A stretch of DNA of 64,000 nucleotides, taken from Lama glama. Taxonomy: Eukaryota. The position numbers were made by a program, and so were the translations under genes. The stretch is from positions 69,876,001 to 69,940,000 of the forward strand of contig CM052816.1 in NCBI GenBank assembly GCA_028534125.1. The letters are read 5' to 3'. Below are positions 38,001 to 51,082 of the stretch, one piece after another (within the stretch, counting starts at the first letter, position 1; every line of letters begins with the position of its first letter). The notes beneath the pieces are model-generated. The model worked only from the letters and a program-made list of their open reading frames with translations, was not told where the DNA came from and made no database searches.

Positions 38001-41000
38001 TGAATATTCAATTTTGTCAGATATTTCTGAATCTATTGATGATCATATTTTTATCCTTCATTTTGTTAATGTTGTGTATTACATTGATTGACATTGCAAA
38101 CTGGTATTTGCAGATGTTGAACCAAACCTGCATCCCTGGAATCAATTTTACTTGATCATGGTGTATGATCCTTTCAATGTATTGTTGAATTTGGTTTGCT
38201 GATATTTTGTTGAGGATTTTTGCATGTATGTTCATCAGGAAGATTAGCCTATAATTTTTTTTTTCTTGTGGCATCCTTGTCAGGTTTTGGTATCAGGGTA
38301 CCGCTGGCCTCATAAAATGAATTTAGAAGTGTTTCCTTCTTCTGTTTTTGGGAAGAGTTTAAGAAAAATTGGTATTAATTCTTCTTTAAATGTTTGAGTA
38401 AAACTCAGTGAAGTCATCTTGTCCTGGACTTTCATTTATTAGGAGGTTCTTAATTACTGATTCAGTCTACTAGTAAGCAGTCTGTTCATATTTTCTGTTT
38501 CTTCATGATTCATTCTTGATAGGTTGTATGTTTCTAGAAATTTATCCATTTCTTCTAGATTGTCCAATTTTTTGCCATATAATTTTTCATATGGTGTCTT
38601 ATGCTCCTCTGTATTACTCTGGTATCAGTTGTAATGTCTCCTTTCATTTCTGTTTTTATTTATTTGAGTCCTCTCTTTTTATCTTGGTTTGTCTAGCTAA
38701 AAGCTTGTCAATTTTCTTTATCTTTTCAAAGAACCAGCTCATAGATTCATTGATCTTTTCCATTTTTAGTTTCTATTTCATTTATTTCCACACTGATCTT
38801 TGTTATTTTGTTCCTTCTGTAAGTTTGGTCTTTGTTCCCTTTTTCTGCTTTATTGAGGTGTACAGTTAGGTTGTTCAAGAGTTTTCTTATTTTTTTGGTA
38901 TAGGCATTTACCACTATGAAGTTCTCTCTTAGAACTGCTTGCTGCAATCCGTAAGTTTTGGTATGTTATATTTCCATTTTCATTTGTCTCAAATGAAATG
39001 TCTCATTTTTCTATTTCTCTTCTGAATTCTTCTTTGACCCATTGGTTGTTCCAGAGTATGTTGTTTGGTCTCTACATATTTGTGAATTTTCCAGTTTTCT
39101 TCTTGTAATTGATTTCTAGTTTCATATCATTGTGGTTGGAAAAGATGCTTGATATGATTTCAGTTTTCTTAAATTTATTAAGACCTGTTTTGTGGCCTAG
39201 CTTATGATCTATTCTAGAGAATGTTCCATGTGCAACTGAGAATATTTTGTTGCTTTTCAGTGGAATGTTTGTATATGTCTGTTAAGTCCATCTGATCTAA
39301 TGTGTCATTTATGACTGATATTTGTTATTGATTTTCTATCTGGATGACCCATCCATTACAGAAAGTGGGGTACTAAAGTCTCCTACCATTATTGTTGTAT
39401 ATTTCTCCCTTTATGTCTGTGAATATTTGTTTTATATATTTAGATGCTCTTATGTTGGGTGCCTAAATGTTTGTAAACATGATATCCTCTTGTTGAATTG
39501 ACCCCTCTATCATTATGTAATGCCTTTCTCCTATTACACTCTTTGTTTTAAAGTTTATTTTCTCTAATAAAAATATACCTACCCCAGCATGAATATCTTT
39601 TTCCATCCCTTTATTTTCAGTCTTTGTGTGTCCTTGTATCTCATTCTGTCGGCAGCATATAAATGGTCTTGCTTTTTTAACTGTTTCACCACTCTGTCTT
39701 TTGAATGGGGAACTTAGTTCATTTACATTTAAAGTAATTATTGCTAGGTATGTACTTGCCAATTTTTTAATGTTTTCTAAATATTTTGTTGTTCTTCTGT
39801 TCTCTTTTTTGCTCCCTTTGTGATTTGCTTTTTTTTTTCCCCACTGGTATTCTTAAACTCCTTTCTCTTTCTCTTTTGCATATTTATTATCATTTTTTGC
39901 TTTGTGGTTACCAGGATTCTTACATGTAACAACTTATATTTATAACAGTCTTGTTTAAGTTGATAACTTAAGTTTGAACACATTTTAAATCTCTATCCTC
40001 CCATATTTTATATTTCTGATACCATATTTTATATACTTCTATATCATATATTCCTTAATTATTATAGTTACACTTACTTTTATTACTTTTGTTTTTTAAT
40101 CCTCATACTAGCTTTTTAAGTGTTTAATCCACTACCTTTACAATATTCAATTATTCTGAATTTTACTATATATTTAGCTCCACCAGTGAGTTTTATAATT
40201 CCATATGCTTTCCTGTTACTAATTACTACCCTTTCATTTCAGCTTAAAGACAACCCTTTATTATAAAACCAGTTGTGGTGATGAACTCTTTAGTTTTTGC
40301 TTGTCTGGAAAACTCTTTCTCTCCTTCATTTCTGAATTACAGTTTTGCTGAGTACAGTTTTATTGGTTGGAAGTTTGTTTTTCTCTCAGCACTATATATT
40401 CAGCTTTTAGGATGATCAGAAAAGTGGAACAAGAGAATAGCTTGGTGGGACAGAAGGAGAAAGAGTTAAATATTAAATACTTTGAAGACAATTTAAATTG
40501 TTGGGGGAAAAATACCATGCCACTGTTTTCTGGCCTGCAAAGCTTCTGCTGAAAAATCTGCTGATAGTCTTATGGTGGTTCCCTTGTATGTAACATTGTT
40601 TTTCTCTTGTTACTCTTAAGAGTCCCTCCTTGTCTTAAACTTTCTACATTTTAATTATAATGTGTCTTTGTGGGGTCTCTTTGTGTTCATCTTATTGGTA
40701 ACTCTCTGGACTACCTGGATCTAGATGTCTGTTTCCTTCCTCAAGTTAGGAAAGTTTTTAGCCACTGTTTCTTGAAATTAGTTTTCTGCCCCTTTCTCTC
40801 TTTCTTCTCCTTCTGAGTTGGTTCTTGATATTGTCCCGTATATCCCTTAAGCTGTCTTCACTTTTTTTCATTGCTTTTTCTTTTTGATGCATTGATTGGG
40901 TGAGTTCCACTGCCCTTAGAAGTCACTGATCTTTTCTTCTGTTTCATCCAGTATCCTGTTAAACCTTCCTAGTGTATTTTTCAGTTCAGTTATTGTATTT

Positions 41001-42893
41001 TCAGCTCTGTGACTTCTATTTGGTACTTTCTTATGCTTTCTATCCCTTTGTTGCTGTTCTAACTCTGTTCATTCATTCTTCTCTTGAGTTTGGTAAGCAT
41101 CTTAGAGTTCAAAACATTTATCTTTATCAGGTAAATCACTATCTGTTTCATTAAGGACTTTTCCCACCTCTCCTAATCTCAAAGGAATGGCCTTATTGGG
41201 TGATAAAACTTACAATTCAACCCTGCCCTAGCTTTTTGTTTTCTCCCAAATCTTTGTGACTGTCCAAGCAACATATTTTAGTTTTAGTGGCTCCCAGTAA
41301 CTGAAGGTGTGCTAAGATCTGTCAGTGTCTCTAAAGGGATGATCTCAATCAGCACCTAGATTCAGGCTGATTGAAAGCCAGACTCACTGGCAGCATTTTT
41401 TGAAGTATGCAAATATATAAAATCCTGTAGGACCACAAGTATAAGTCCCACTGGCCACTAGAGCCAGATGATCTAGAGTTATTCCCTAAGTGACATCTCA
41501 AAAAATCAGGGTACCAGAAGAGTGTGCAAGCTTTTTAGAAAAACTAATAGGACTCTTTCAATGAAAAACTAGGTACCTTTGTCTATTGCCTTTTGTTGTA
41601 CCCTTGGGGTAATAGCCTGTTAAGAACTGTTTTTCCATTGGTTACATTCTTGTAAGACCCAGGAACCCAAACCCTGCTGGTCACTGGGCCAGGCTATCAA
41701 GGGGGCATCCCCTGGGTGGCAGCCACAAAAACTAGGACACCAGATGTGTGTAAAGTTTCCCCTACCCCAGGAGATACGGATGCTCTGGAGCATAGCAGAG
41801 GGCTAGTACTAGTGCAAATATGGCATCCACCCTCTGAGGTCCATTGAAAGAACTACAGTCAGCCCTTAGTTATATGTTTGGTTAAAAACCTGCCCCCACC
41901 AGCAGCAGCTATGAAGAAAATAAGCTGATAGGCCTCTTTCACAGAAAGAATGACTGGGCCCCTCACACTTGCTTTTTGCCATACTCTGGAAGTGGTAGCT
42001 GCTTAGGAGCTCTTTCTCTATTGGTGACAGTCCGATAGGACCTGCAAACATAAGCCCCATGGGCCACCAGGGCCTGGTGATCTAGAAGTGTCCCCTGGGC
42101 AGCAACCACAAAAAACAAGGTGCCAGAGGAGGATACAAGCTCCTTTCTGGAGGACAATGGAGAACTGGAATGAGACAGAGGGAAAGCAAAGAGATGGTTC
42201 CCTCCAGCTCCCCTCCCCAGAGAGTATTTCAGGATGGCTCTAGATGTGTGTAAAATACCTGCCTGCCTCTCAGGCTGATACTTTAAGATGAGCAACTACT
42301 CTTTCACAGAAAGTCTGGATGCTTTTCAGTTGACTGCCTTCGCACTGGGCCCTGGGGTGGATAGGTTCAAACACATGAGCCCTTTAAGAACCATTTCTAA
42401 GTTCACTACAGCCATGTGGGTCTCATGGACATGAGGCCCATTGGTTTTCAAAACTACATGTTTTAGGGGCTTGTCTCTCAGGTGCAGATCTTCAATATTG
42501 GGGTGCCTAGTGTGGGGTCCAAACCCTTTGCTCCTCAGGGAGAAGCTCTGAGGGAAGTTTTGCATTGTCTCCCAGCTGTGGGTCACTGCACCAGGATTGG
42601 GGTTTATGGCAAGGTTGTGTCTCAGGCTCTCCTACCAGCCTCATTGAGGGGGTTTATCGTTTGCCCAATGTGTAGGAGTCACTTAGCTAGGTTTTGAAGT
42701 TTGGGGGGTGGTTTAGGTGAAATTTTCCCTTGTGCAGCTGTAAATTTGGTGTGTCTGTAGGAGGAGGTGAGTTCAGGACCTTCCTATGTGACCACTGAAT
42801 AGGAACCCATGACTGCCTTCTTTCTCTTCGTGTAGCGTTTCCAAGGTTCATCTCTTTTGTAGCATATGTTACAACCTCACTCCTTTCTATTAA

Positions 42894-43045
42894 ACCAATG
42901 ATTCTTGGCCTCTTTGGGGATAAAAGGGCACTTTAAGAATGTCCTGAAAGCTAAGCATCCCTCCCCCTGCAAACATACAAGTGTAGCAGTTTCCAAGGGT
43001 TCCTGGATTCCTTGAATCCCATCCATGGAACCCAGGGTAAATATA
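42894..43045. mobile_element. MER117/Charlie-like hAT MITE remnant
   Basis: ctttaagaatgtcctgaaagct...catccatggaacccagggtaaat. Confidence 0.45.
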
Positions 43046-44371
43046 AGCATCACTAAAAGTCAGACATGACTTTAAACAGCACTTCTTTACAATGGGCTGT
43101 CCTTCCTGTCCAGCATGTAACTCTGACCAAAACAGGCTCCATTAAAGCAGTATTCCATAAGGAGACAGTTTTCCTGGGAACCCACTCCAAGCATAATATA
43201 ACTGCAATAATCAAGTAGGCTCACTGGGTGCACAGGACCATCACTAACCACAGCTGCAGAGATTCTTTCTTTCAGGACTTTATGAAGATACAAAAGGATT
43301 AAATGAGAATGACTAAACAGAGTATGAAATAAGACCTATGTGCAGTTTACTATCTAGTAAACTTAAACATGTACAGCATGTTTATATTAGAGGCTATAAA
43401 TGATATACAGAGGGTTCTGGCGAGAGTTTCCAGTTCCTCCTTGCTGGTCACTGATGAAATCTTATCAAGCGTGGCTGAGAAAATAGTCTCTTTTCTGGAC
43501 AAGTCGGGATTCTGATGGTCCTCTTGTTGCCCTACACTGTCCTCATAACCCAGCAACCTGCATTTGGAGGGTGGCCTCCTCCTCTCAGAGCCCTCGGTAC
43601 CACACAGGAAGCCTTCTTATCCAGTTGTTAGGATGGGGGCTAATCAGATACATTTTCCTAATGGGTTTAGGATATCTCTTTGACTTTATATTGAGTATCT
43701 TTTGTTGACATAAGATGAGGATAGAAAATTACTGCTATTCAACTATTTTTGACATTTAAAATAGTGTTTTCATAGGATACAAATGAAAACAGCTATTTAT
43801 TTGGGTATGTCTTCAGATTAGGGTTCCAAACCACTTTTCTTACATCAGCTACACCCATAATTTTTGTTTTTGTCTTATTGAAACAGACCAAAACTGGAAG
43901 GCAGTTGCTCTAGAACCTGAGTACAGAATATATTTCTATTTTTTTCTCTCCAATCCTTTGTCTTACCCATGTAACCATTGCCCATAATTTAATAGCAGTT
44001 TTTTCTTTATAGACCTACTTTTGTTAAATACTTCCAAGCCTCCAGCTCAACTTTCATAGAAACAACTCTCATTTTGCTCTCTGCATAATATTCAAATAAA
44101 TTATATTAATACAGTAACAAGGACAAGACATAGAACTAATCTAAAAAAAGATTCTTAGCCTACAGCTCAGTTGTTAGACCCAGAAGTAGAGATGTAGTAG
44201 AAAGCCTACTAGCCACTGGTGTTAAGAGAAAGAATGGAATTTATATACATATTATATATATACACACACATATATATGTATGTATATAATATTGTCATAT
44301 ACAGAGCTTTGGCTTTTATACATATGTACAACTACTCTATGGAGCTATGTAATCAGTAGGTTTCTGGAGAG

Positions 44372-44500
44372 TTTTAAAAAATTTTTTTGGAGGAGGGTAA
44401 TTAGGTTTATTTGTATATTTATTTTAATGGAGATACTGGGGGTTGAACCGAGGACCTTGTGCATGCTAAGCACACACCACTGAGCTATACCCCCTCCCCC
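44372..44500 (-). mobile_element. Vic-1-like SINE, full length
   Basis: Reverse complement ggggagggggtatagctcagtgg...ggttcaacccccagtatctccattaaa; diverged flanking repeat atcagtaggtttct / atcactaggctgct. Confidence 0.9.
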
Positions 44501-44904
44501 CATCACTAGGCTGCTACATGGGTACATGTAAATTAAAATCCACAGGTCATTTTATATTTGAAATCCCCTTTTAAAGGAAAGTTTTGTAGAATCCTTTTCT
44601 ACTGTAACTAAATTCCTCGTGGCATAAGAGCTTTCCCATATGGATCTTCTGAAGCAAATACCTAGAACTAATTTCAGGCAAAATTATGAAGTCTGCCAAA
44701 GTTATCTTCAGTGCATTTCTTCCTAATTACCCTCCTCACCTTCTGCTGCACCCACTGGTCAGACCTGGCTCAGGTGGAGTTGCTAAGACCCACCTTCTAA
44801 GGATACAGTCTGGTCCTCACAGGACTCTCCTCCTGCATCTGCCCTGGTTCAGGGCCTTAAGCATCTTCACTGGAAATTTGCCTACAGATGTTAGGTTATC
44901 TTAA

Positions 44905-45555
44905 CACCTTGCTTCTCTCCACTTTCATTGCCACCACATTGGTCCAGGCTGGCACTGTGCTCATTTGGACTTCTGCAACAGCTTCCTACCTGTTGCTTGG
45001 AGTCCTCTCTGACTCAGTCCAACATTTTATTCACCAAGCCGTCACAGGGGGTCTTGAAGTACAAATATGATCATGTCTCTCTCCTTTCAAAGCCCTTCAG
45101 TGGCTTCCCATTCTCTTCCAATACAGACCACCTTTTTGCTGGTACCTTCAAGGTCCTTTAGGGCCTGGTCTTGCTTCTCCTTCCACTCTTTCATGCCTCA
45201 CTGCTCTTCCCTTGCTTTCTGTATTCCAGGGGTTTCATCTTCTTTCAGTTCCTCATGCAGGCTGTGCTCTTCTCTGCCTGTGGGTCTTCTGTTCCTTCTT
45301 CCTGGAACAACACCAGCATCATTGCTCAGCTGTGCCCAGGGAGACTTTCTCTGACCCCCCGGCCTAAAGTCCCACAGCACCCTGTGGCACCCCTTTTCAC
45401 TGCTCTTCAGCCACTAATTCCTAGTCCAATATCTGACACCCTCCACAGACTTCAAGATCCAAAGGACAGCAGCCATGTGTGTTATGGTCACTGCTTTATC
45501 CCCAACACAATATCTGGCACTCAACAGATGCTAAAAATTATTTATTGAATCAATA
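44905..45555 (+). mobile_element. L2 3' region
   Basis: tctctccactttcattgccacc...tgatcatgtctctc...tctggcactcaacagatgctaaaaattatttattgaat. Confidence 0.8.
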
Positions 45556-45644
45556 ATTATATATGGCATCGTTCCTCAGGGTTATTTGTCTTTGAATGAG
45601 GATTCTGGGTAACACAGAACTTTAACCTCAAAGCACCCAAGTAG

Positions 45645-45706
45645 GCCAGTTGGTAACGTACTTACGGGCAGATGACGTTTTCGGGTGCCTACCAGATGAC
45701 GTCATG
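45645..45706. promoter_or_regulatory. CRE/MYB-like regulatory module
   Basis: Full CRE TGACGTCA 45697-45704, half CRE 45673-77, CAGATGACGT twice, CAGTTGG 45647-53, 5 CpGs in ~50 bp, minus-strand GTAAGT at 45665-45660. Confidence 0.5.
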
Positions 45707-47551
45707 TTGAGGAACTAAAAATCTTACAAGCCACCAAGCACACATTTTGAAACCATCTCTTCCCAGTTACACATCCCATCATATTTATTTCTCAGACTTA
45801 TCTCAAGATCCCTGAATTCATTCTCTTGAGAAGTTTCTGGAAGGGTCTCCTAATTTAGTCTACTTTCGTATTTGCCACCTATAGGGCCAATTAAAAATAA
45901 AATAATATGGCAAAAAGATGGCTGTGGGGAAAGCTCTCAAAGTCCGCTGGCTGTTACAGCCACAGGGTGACTTCAGTGCTTTTTCATTTGGACCTCTTGA
46001 CTCCTCACACGTGTGGGGACCTCTACCTTTCATTCAAAAGGTGCCTTAGAACTTGGTTTCCTGTTCTGTAGGTTCACCTGGTTCTTGTCCATAGCTGCAC
46101 ACCTGCTTCCCCGTCCCCTTGCAGAGGGGGTGTGTTCTTGCTATCTCACACAAGATGGTTAAAAATGTCCAATCTCCAGAAGAATGACCCTTTCTGTCTA
46201 GTAGTCTTTCCCATTTCAGTTCCTTGTTTTTATATATGAATTTCCTTCCTTCCTTTTTACTTTCTGATGTTTTTGAAACCTGCACCCAATACCATTCTGT
46301 CCTCTCTGGTCAGCTACTTCCCGGTCCCCTGAGAGTACAGCCACACTTGGGAAGGATAAGGACACGTTGGCCTCCCATCTCCTCCCTTGGCACATAGACT
46401 GCTTTCAATCTCCACATCATTTCAGTCAGCTTTAGCCTTACGCTTTGACACTGTGTGAGACTGTGTCTTTAAAAGAGAAGGAAACCCTCAAATAAAATAC
46501 AATGTAACCTCATCTTTGAGATGATTATTGAGATGAGGTTGCTTTGGTGTACCAAAGACGTCTTCCACTTCCATTTTCCATTTTAGATCTCATCAGTAAC
46601 TTCCTGTACTGTTTGTTAAGCAGACATCCTTGGCCAGAGAGGAGAAGCTGGTAAATTAAAAATAGCCAGATATCTAGTGATATTTCAAAGGCATAATGGA
46701 GAACTGTGACACATTGCTGTGGCGTTGGGCTCCGTTTTAGTCTTCCATCTTCCTTGGGCAGACAGAAGTATTAGTCTGGTTTATGACGAGTTTTGTGTAT
46801 GTTTATTGGAAACTGTTCTGCTTGAAAGAGACCTTTCACCCTAGTCAAATGCACACTGCAGGGCAGACACTCTGCATAGACCTGTGTGTGCTTGTAATGT
46901 GACAAATTTCAGACATGGGAGTTTCATTTGTTCCCAGATGCTAGGCGAGGACAATTAATATATAGTCTGTTGGCTTCAGTCAACCCTTGGCTATTCCTCA
47001 CTTACTCTTGACAATACACTCAGCCATGCTCGTATATTTAGAAAAATCAGAAAGTGATGAAAGGGTAAGGGCAAATTATCTGAAATAACACCAACAGAAG
47101 CTCAGTTCTGATTGGAGCTATTGTTTAGGTTTATGACAAGCTCCTCATAAACCATTATGTCTACAGTTTAACGTGTGTAACTCTCATCAGAGCTTTCTTG
47201 CACCAGACCCGACCAGACCAGACACAGTTATGTCACACAGTAACCACAAAAACATTCCTATCTTTTAAATATAAGAAGCCAACCTATTATAACATCCTCT
47301 GCACACTTGGTCATTTTATTTATTCATTCTCCTTTGATGTTTGGCACTTAAATGATTGGTGCTTTTTTTCATGTGTTTGACAAAACAGGAAGTAGAAAGC
47401 ATCATTTGATTTTAAATCTTTTCCTGGCTAGAGACTTCAGATCTAGAACAGCAGTTAAACCCTGTTCGTTTGGGACATGTGAGCAGGTAATGTGCTGCAT
47501 GTAGGGATTATCTTCCCCTTCTCTTTTCCCTGTGTACATCTGTGCTCACAG

Positions 47552-47650
47552 AACTACGTCTCTGGAGATCCATTAGCTTAGCCATCAGATCAAACAGGCA
47601 CCCATGGTTTATAAATAATAAGCAAGAACATGTAGGGGAAAAAAATTACG
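47552..47650 (+). other. Candidate internal exon (99 nt) of a + strand transcript
   Basis: Long pyrimidine tract ending cacag| and donor ACG|GTGAGC; open in the phase 1-1 frame; no recognised homology. Confidence 0.35.
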
Positions 47651-50600
47651 GTGAGCAAGAAAAGCATGAGGGTGGCACATGTCTCTGTGGAGCAGAGCCG
47701 AACAGGGCAGCCTGGCCAGGGAAGTCGTAGCCGTGCTGGTTGTGGCGGGACCATCCACTACCGGGTGATTGTGTCTGCTAGGGCCACTGATTATTTTGCA
47801 GTCAGAAAGTGCCCGGTGAAAAGCTTAAAGGAGAAATTCAGTGCAGTTTCCTTTTATCTGTCTCACCAACTGATGTCTATACAGAGCAAGCAGGGCTCCT
47901 CAAACACGCCAGTCTGTTTCAGATACACAAGATTAAGTAGCTAGTGACATTCAAGACCAGTCGGCCCACCCAGGAGGACTGCAACCAGCGGAAAAGCTGT
48001 CAGATTTCTCCTTTTCTCCATTAATCTTCAAGCTTTTCAGTGGTGCCAGGTCGCATCTCCATCAGACAAGCTGAGAAGAGTGGCCAGTGACTTTCTGCCC
48101 AGCCCCCCCACCCCCCGCCACCCAGAAGAGTAACCCCTTCACTGCTGAACTGGTCTCTTAGGACTTGGGGCTTTCTCTTCCGGGTCAGAAGGGGATCCTC
48201 ACCAGCCCCACCTCCTACAACACTGGGGTGATGGCTGCTGGGAGCGGTGGCCGGGTCCTTCTGCCTTCCATGTGCAAAGCTGGTCTGCTCCCCGGAGGCT
48301 GTGACCCATGGGCTGTGCTGTCCTAGAGAGGAGATGGGGTTAGAAACAACTGTGGGAGGATCGAGGAAACAGGTGTCCCCTCCGCAATCTGGACGCTTGG
48401 CCTCCTGGACATTGAGTGTGTGGAAGGTGAAGAGGGGAAGCCAGAGGGATGGAACACAGGGAAAGATGAGAGGAAGGAGGAAGAAAGACCGTGCAAATAA
48501 TGGGGAAGGAGGTCTGGATTTGGAACTCTCCCTTCACCACGCCTCATTTCAGATCCCTTCGGAAGCAGGTGATGCTGACCTGGGCAAGAGGTCGCCAGCA
48601 AGGAGCCGAGGGACCTGTGTACCATCAGAAGCTGATTCAGGGTTTCCAGAGCTGTCAACCGGGGAGCGCTGGGTGCTGGTGCAGAGGCCAAGAGGCAATG
48701 AGACCAGGCCTAGGAGGGGATCCCTGAGTGCCATCGGGTGGGCAATGCCTCCAGCTTCCAGAGACCTGCCATGGCCTTTGAAGATGGAACTCAGAGAACC
48801 GCTGGCTGGAGGGGGGCCGGGCTCTTTTCCTTCCTTCTATTTACCTTGAAGAGGCTTTTCTGTGGTGTTTATCTCGCTGTCGGCCCCAGTCTGCCCTTAA
48901 CAATAGGTGTCTGAGAAAGCTGGGGCCCGTTCCTTCAGCGGGGGTGATTTATGCCAGCAGATATAGACTGATCTTGCTCAAAACCAAAAAAGTCTGGTCT
49001 CCACTAAAATCTTTCACAGCTCATATAGTTTTAACACCCGCGCAGTCTTGGTCACAAAAAGCCCATTCTTGAGCAGCGTAGCTCACTGGGCGGGTTATCT
49101 TGTTCCCATTAGTAGGTATGTACTTCCCACAGCTCCCACCCCACCCCAGATGGCTGCCTACAAGTGCTCAGCCTTGTTCCCATGTGCCAGGATTATAGAC
49201 CTCTGCATGACTAGCTTTAGGGCAACTCTGCTCGGTCCCTGGATGTGTTTAAATCACTTTTGTTACATCAAAGAACCCTCCGCATCAGTCCTGGCAAACC
49301 AGACTGTCACCCAGAGTTAACAGCACCCCTTAATTAGATTAAAATGTTAATGAGCATGAAACTATGCTAAGGTAGACGTGTGTTGTTATCAGTCACCTAA
49401 ATTGGAGGGAACAGCCGTGCCATTGTTGTGTATGCTAATATCTGTTCTCAAAGGGATAGTAACCTCCAAGGAAACAAACCATAGGTATAATTATACCTAG
49501 GCATCACAGAATACACTTCGAACACTACCCTTTGTCAGTAGCATGCAAATACATTTATCCTAATTGACCGTGATTAAATACTGTGATAAAGAAACACCCA
49601 CCAATGAAAAGTGCCCAGCGTAAGACCATGCATGAGGCTGTGCTCAGTAATTTGTAAATTTATTATGTGCATGTTCTAACTAATGCATTTGGGATACAAA
49701 GCACTTAGGTATTTGTATGGAATGCAAATTTCTAGCATCAGCATGATCCAACCTCTAATATTACAGTTAAGAAACAGATAAGGACTCCCACTAAGGGAAC
49801 TTAAGACCCCGAGGGCAGGTGTTTTGTCTGGAAATTTAACAAACAGAGGCTTTGTGTGATCAGGGTCTCTCAAGGAAGGGTCAGCACTAAGATTGTAATC
49901 ACCCTGTCGGGCCTGGGTCCGGCCTGGGTGGCTGGGCTGGCAGCCCCTGCTTCTCACCAGCCCTCCTTAGCACCTGCTGAACTCTAAGGATGAGGAGGCC
50001 CCGAGTGGGGAACTGGTGAATGAATTGCGTGAGTTTGGGAGGTAGTGGCTTCCAGACACAGGTGGCTGGCATGATAACGTCCTTTTGAGTGGCCTCCACT
50101 GCATCCTACTGCCTTTAGAAGTGTCAGCACATCTTGGGTCTCCTGCAGAAATTCTGAATCAGGTGAGCAGGAGAGGGAGAGGAGAGGACGCCTTGGCTGC
50201 TCATCCCTGGGGTGGGGGTGGGGCTTGGGCCCTGGCTGCTCATATCTGGGGGATGCTTGGGGCCTGAAGTCTGCTGCTCCTAGCCCAGGGTCCCCTCCAC
50301 GTCGTGCTGTGAGGACAGTTGGGTCCTAACTGGAGAGAGGAAAGAGAGAACCCAGCTCTTCTCTTGCATAGTCCCCTTCCTGTCACAGGCCCACCTGGGA
50401 GGCTGAGATGTTGCTGTGAGATCCAGAACCCTTGGAGTAGCTGTTGGTGTGTGGGCCTCCCACACATCACCCGCTCCTGGCCCCAAGGGCGTTGTCAGGC
50501 CCTTAGGGTGGAAACTGAGAGACATGATGCTTCGCCTTGGAATCTCACTGTCATGGACTATTTAGTTGCTGCTGCTTTATTATTATTTTTAATCTCTTAG

Positions 50601-51082
50601 GGCTAGCTAGGTCTAGGTGTGTCTTCATCTCATCAATGGCAGATTTTCTTTGACAGATGGAAACTGTTCTCACTGTTGGACTCTGGCGCCTCTTCCCTCT
50701 TTCCCTTCTCCATAGAGTCTCTGGAGTAAAACCATAACTGAACATAAGAAGCATAGTCAGACTTTATAAAAGATAAAATATTACTGTTTCTTAATCACTC
50801 ACTACAGAATTTGTACATTCTGGACTCACTTGAATTTAAAAATCAGTAAATCAGTATCCTAGATTTCTCCATGGATCACAGATTTATAATTCCACTTTAT
50901 ATTATGGAAGAGAAAAAAGCTGTAAGCAATTTAGGTTTGGAAATAAAGTGGTAGAAGGGAAAATTCAGCAGCCAGCATCACTTGTTCAAAACTCTATGAT
51001 TGTGAAGAATCTGGACTTTTGGGGAACTTAAAATTAACTCCCTATTCTCGATCCTACCTTGTTGTATTGTTCTTTCTTTGCT

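Larger units (their letters stand above)
34600..42811 (-). mobile_element. Full-length degenerate L1 (L1MA-type): 5' UTR ~41150-42811, ORF1 remnant ~40250-41150, ORF2 ~35300-39750, 3' UTR
   Basis: ORF2 motifs in ORFs 39463-39762 (IITLNVNELSSP, endonuclease), 38017-38274 ([20 protein letters not shown]) and 35693-36112; TSD ACTGCCTT(A/C)TTT at 34588-34599 and 42812-42823. Confidence 0.92.

Noticed and set aside
34600..42811. Potentially active full-length L1
   Set aside because: ORF1 and ORF2 are fragmented by stops, frameshifts, insertions and a deletion
46504..46542. Small hairpin (aacctcatct...agatgaggtt)
   Set aside because: 10-12 bp stem only; too short for a miRNA precursor
48247..48849. 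Longest ORF (200 aa, + strand)
   Set aside because: GTG start, GC/purine-rich composition, several overlapping antisense ORFs, no recognisable domain; consistent with chance
49482..49499. Perfect 18-bp palindrome TAGGTATAATTATACCTA
   Set aside because: AT-rich palindrome of this length is not surprising in 64 kb
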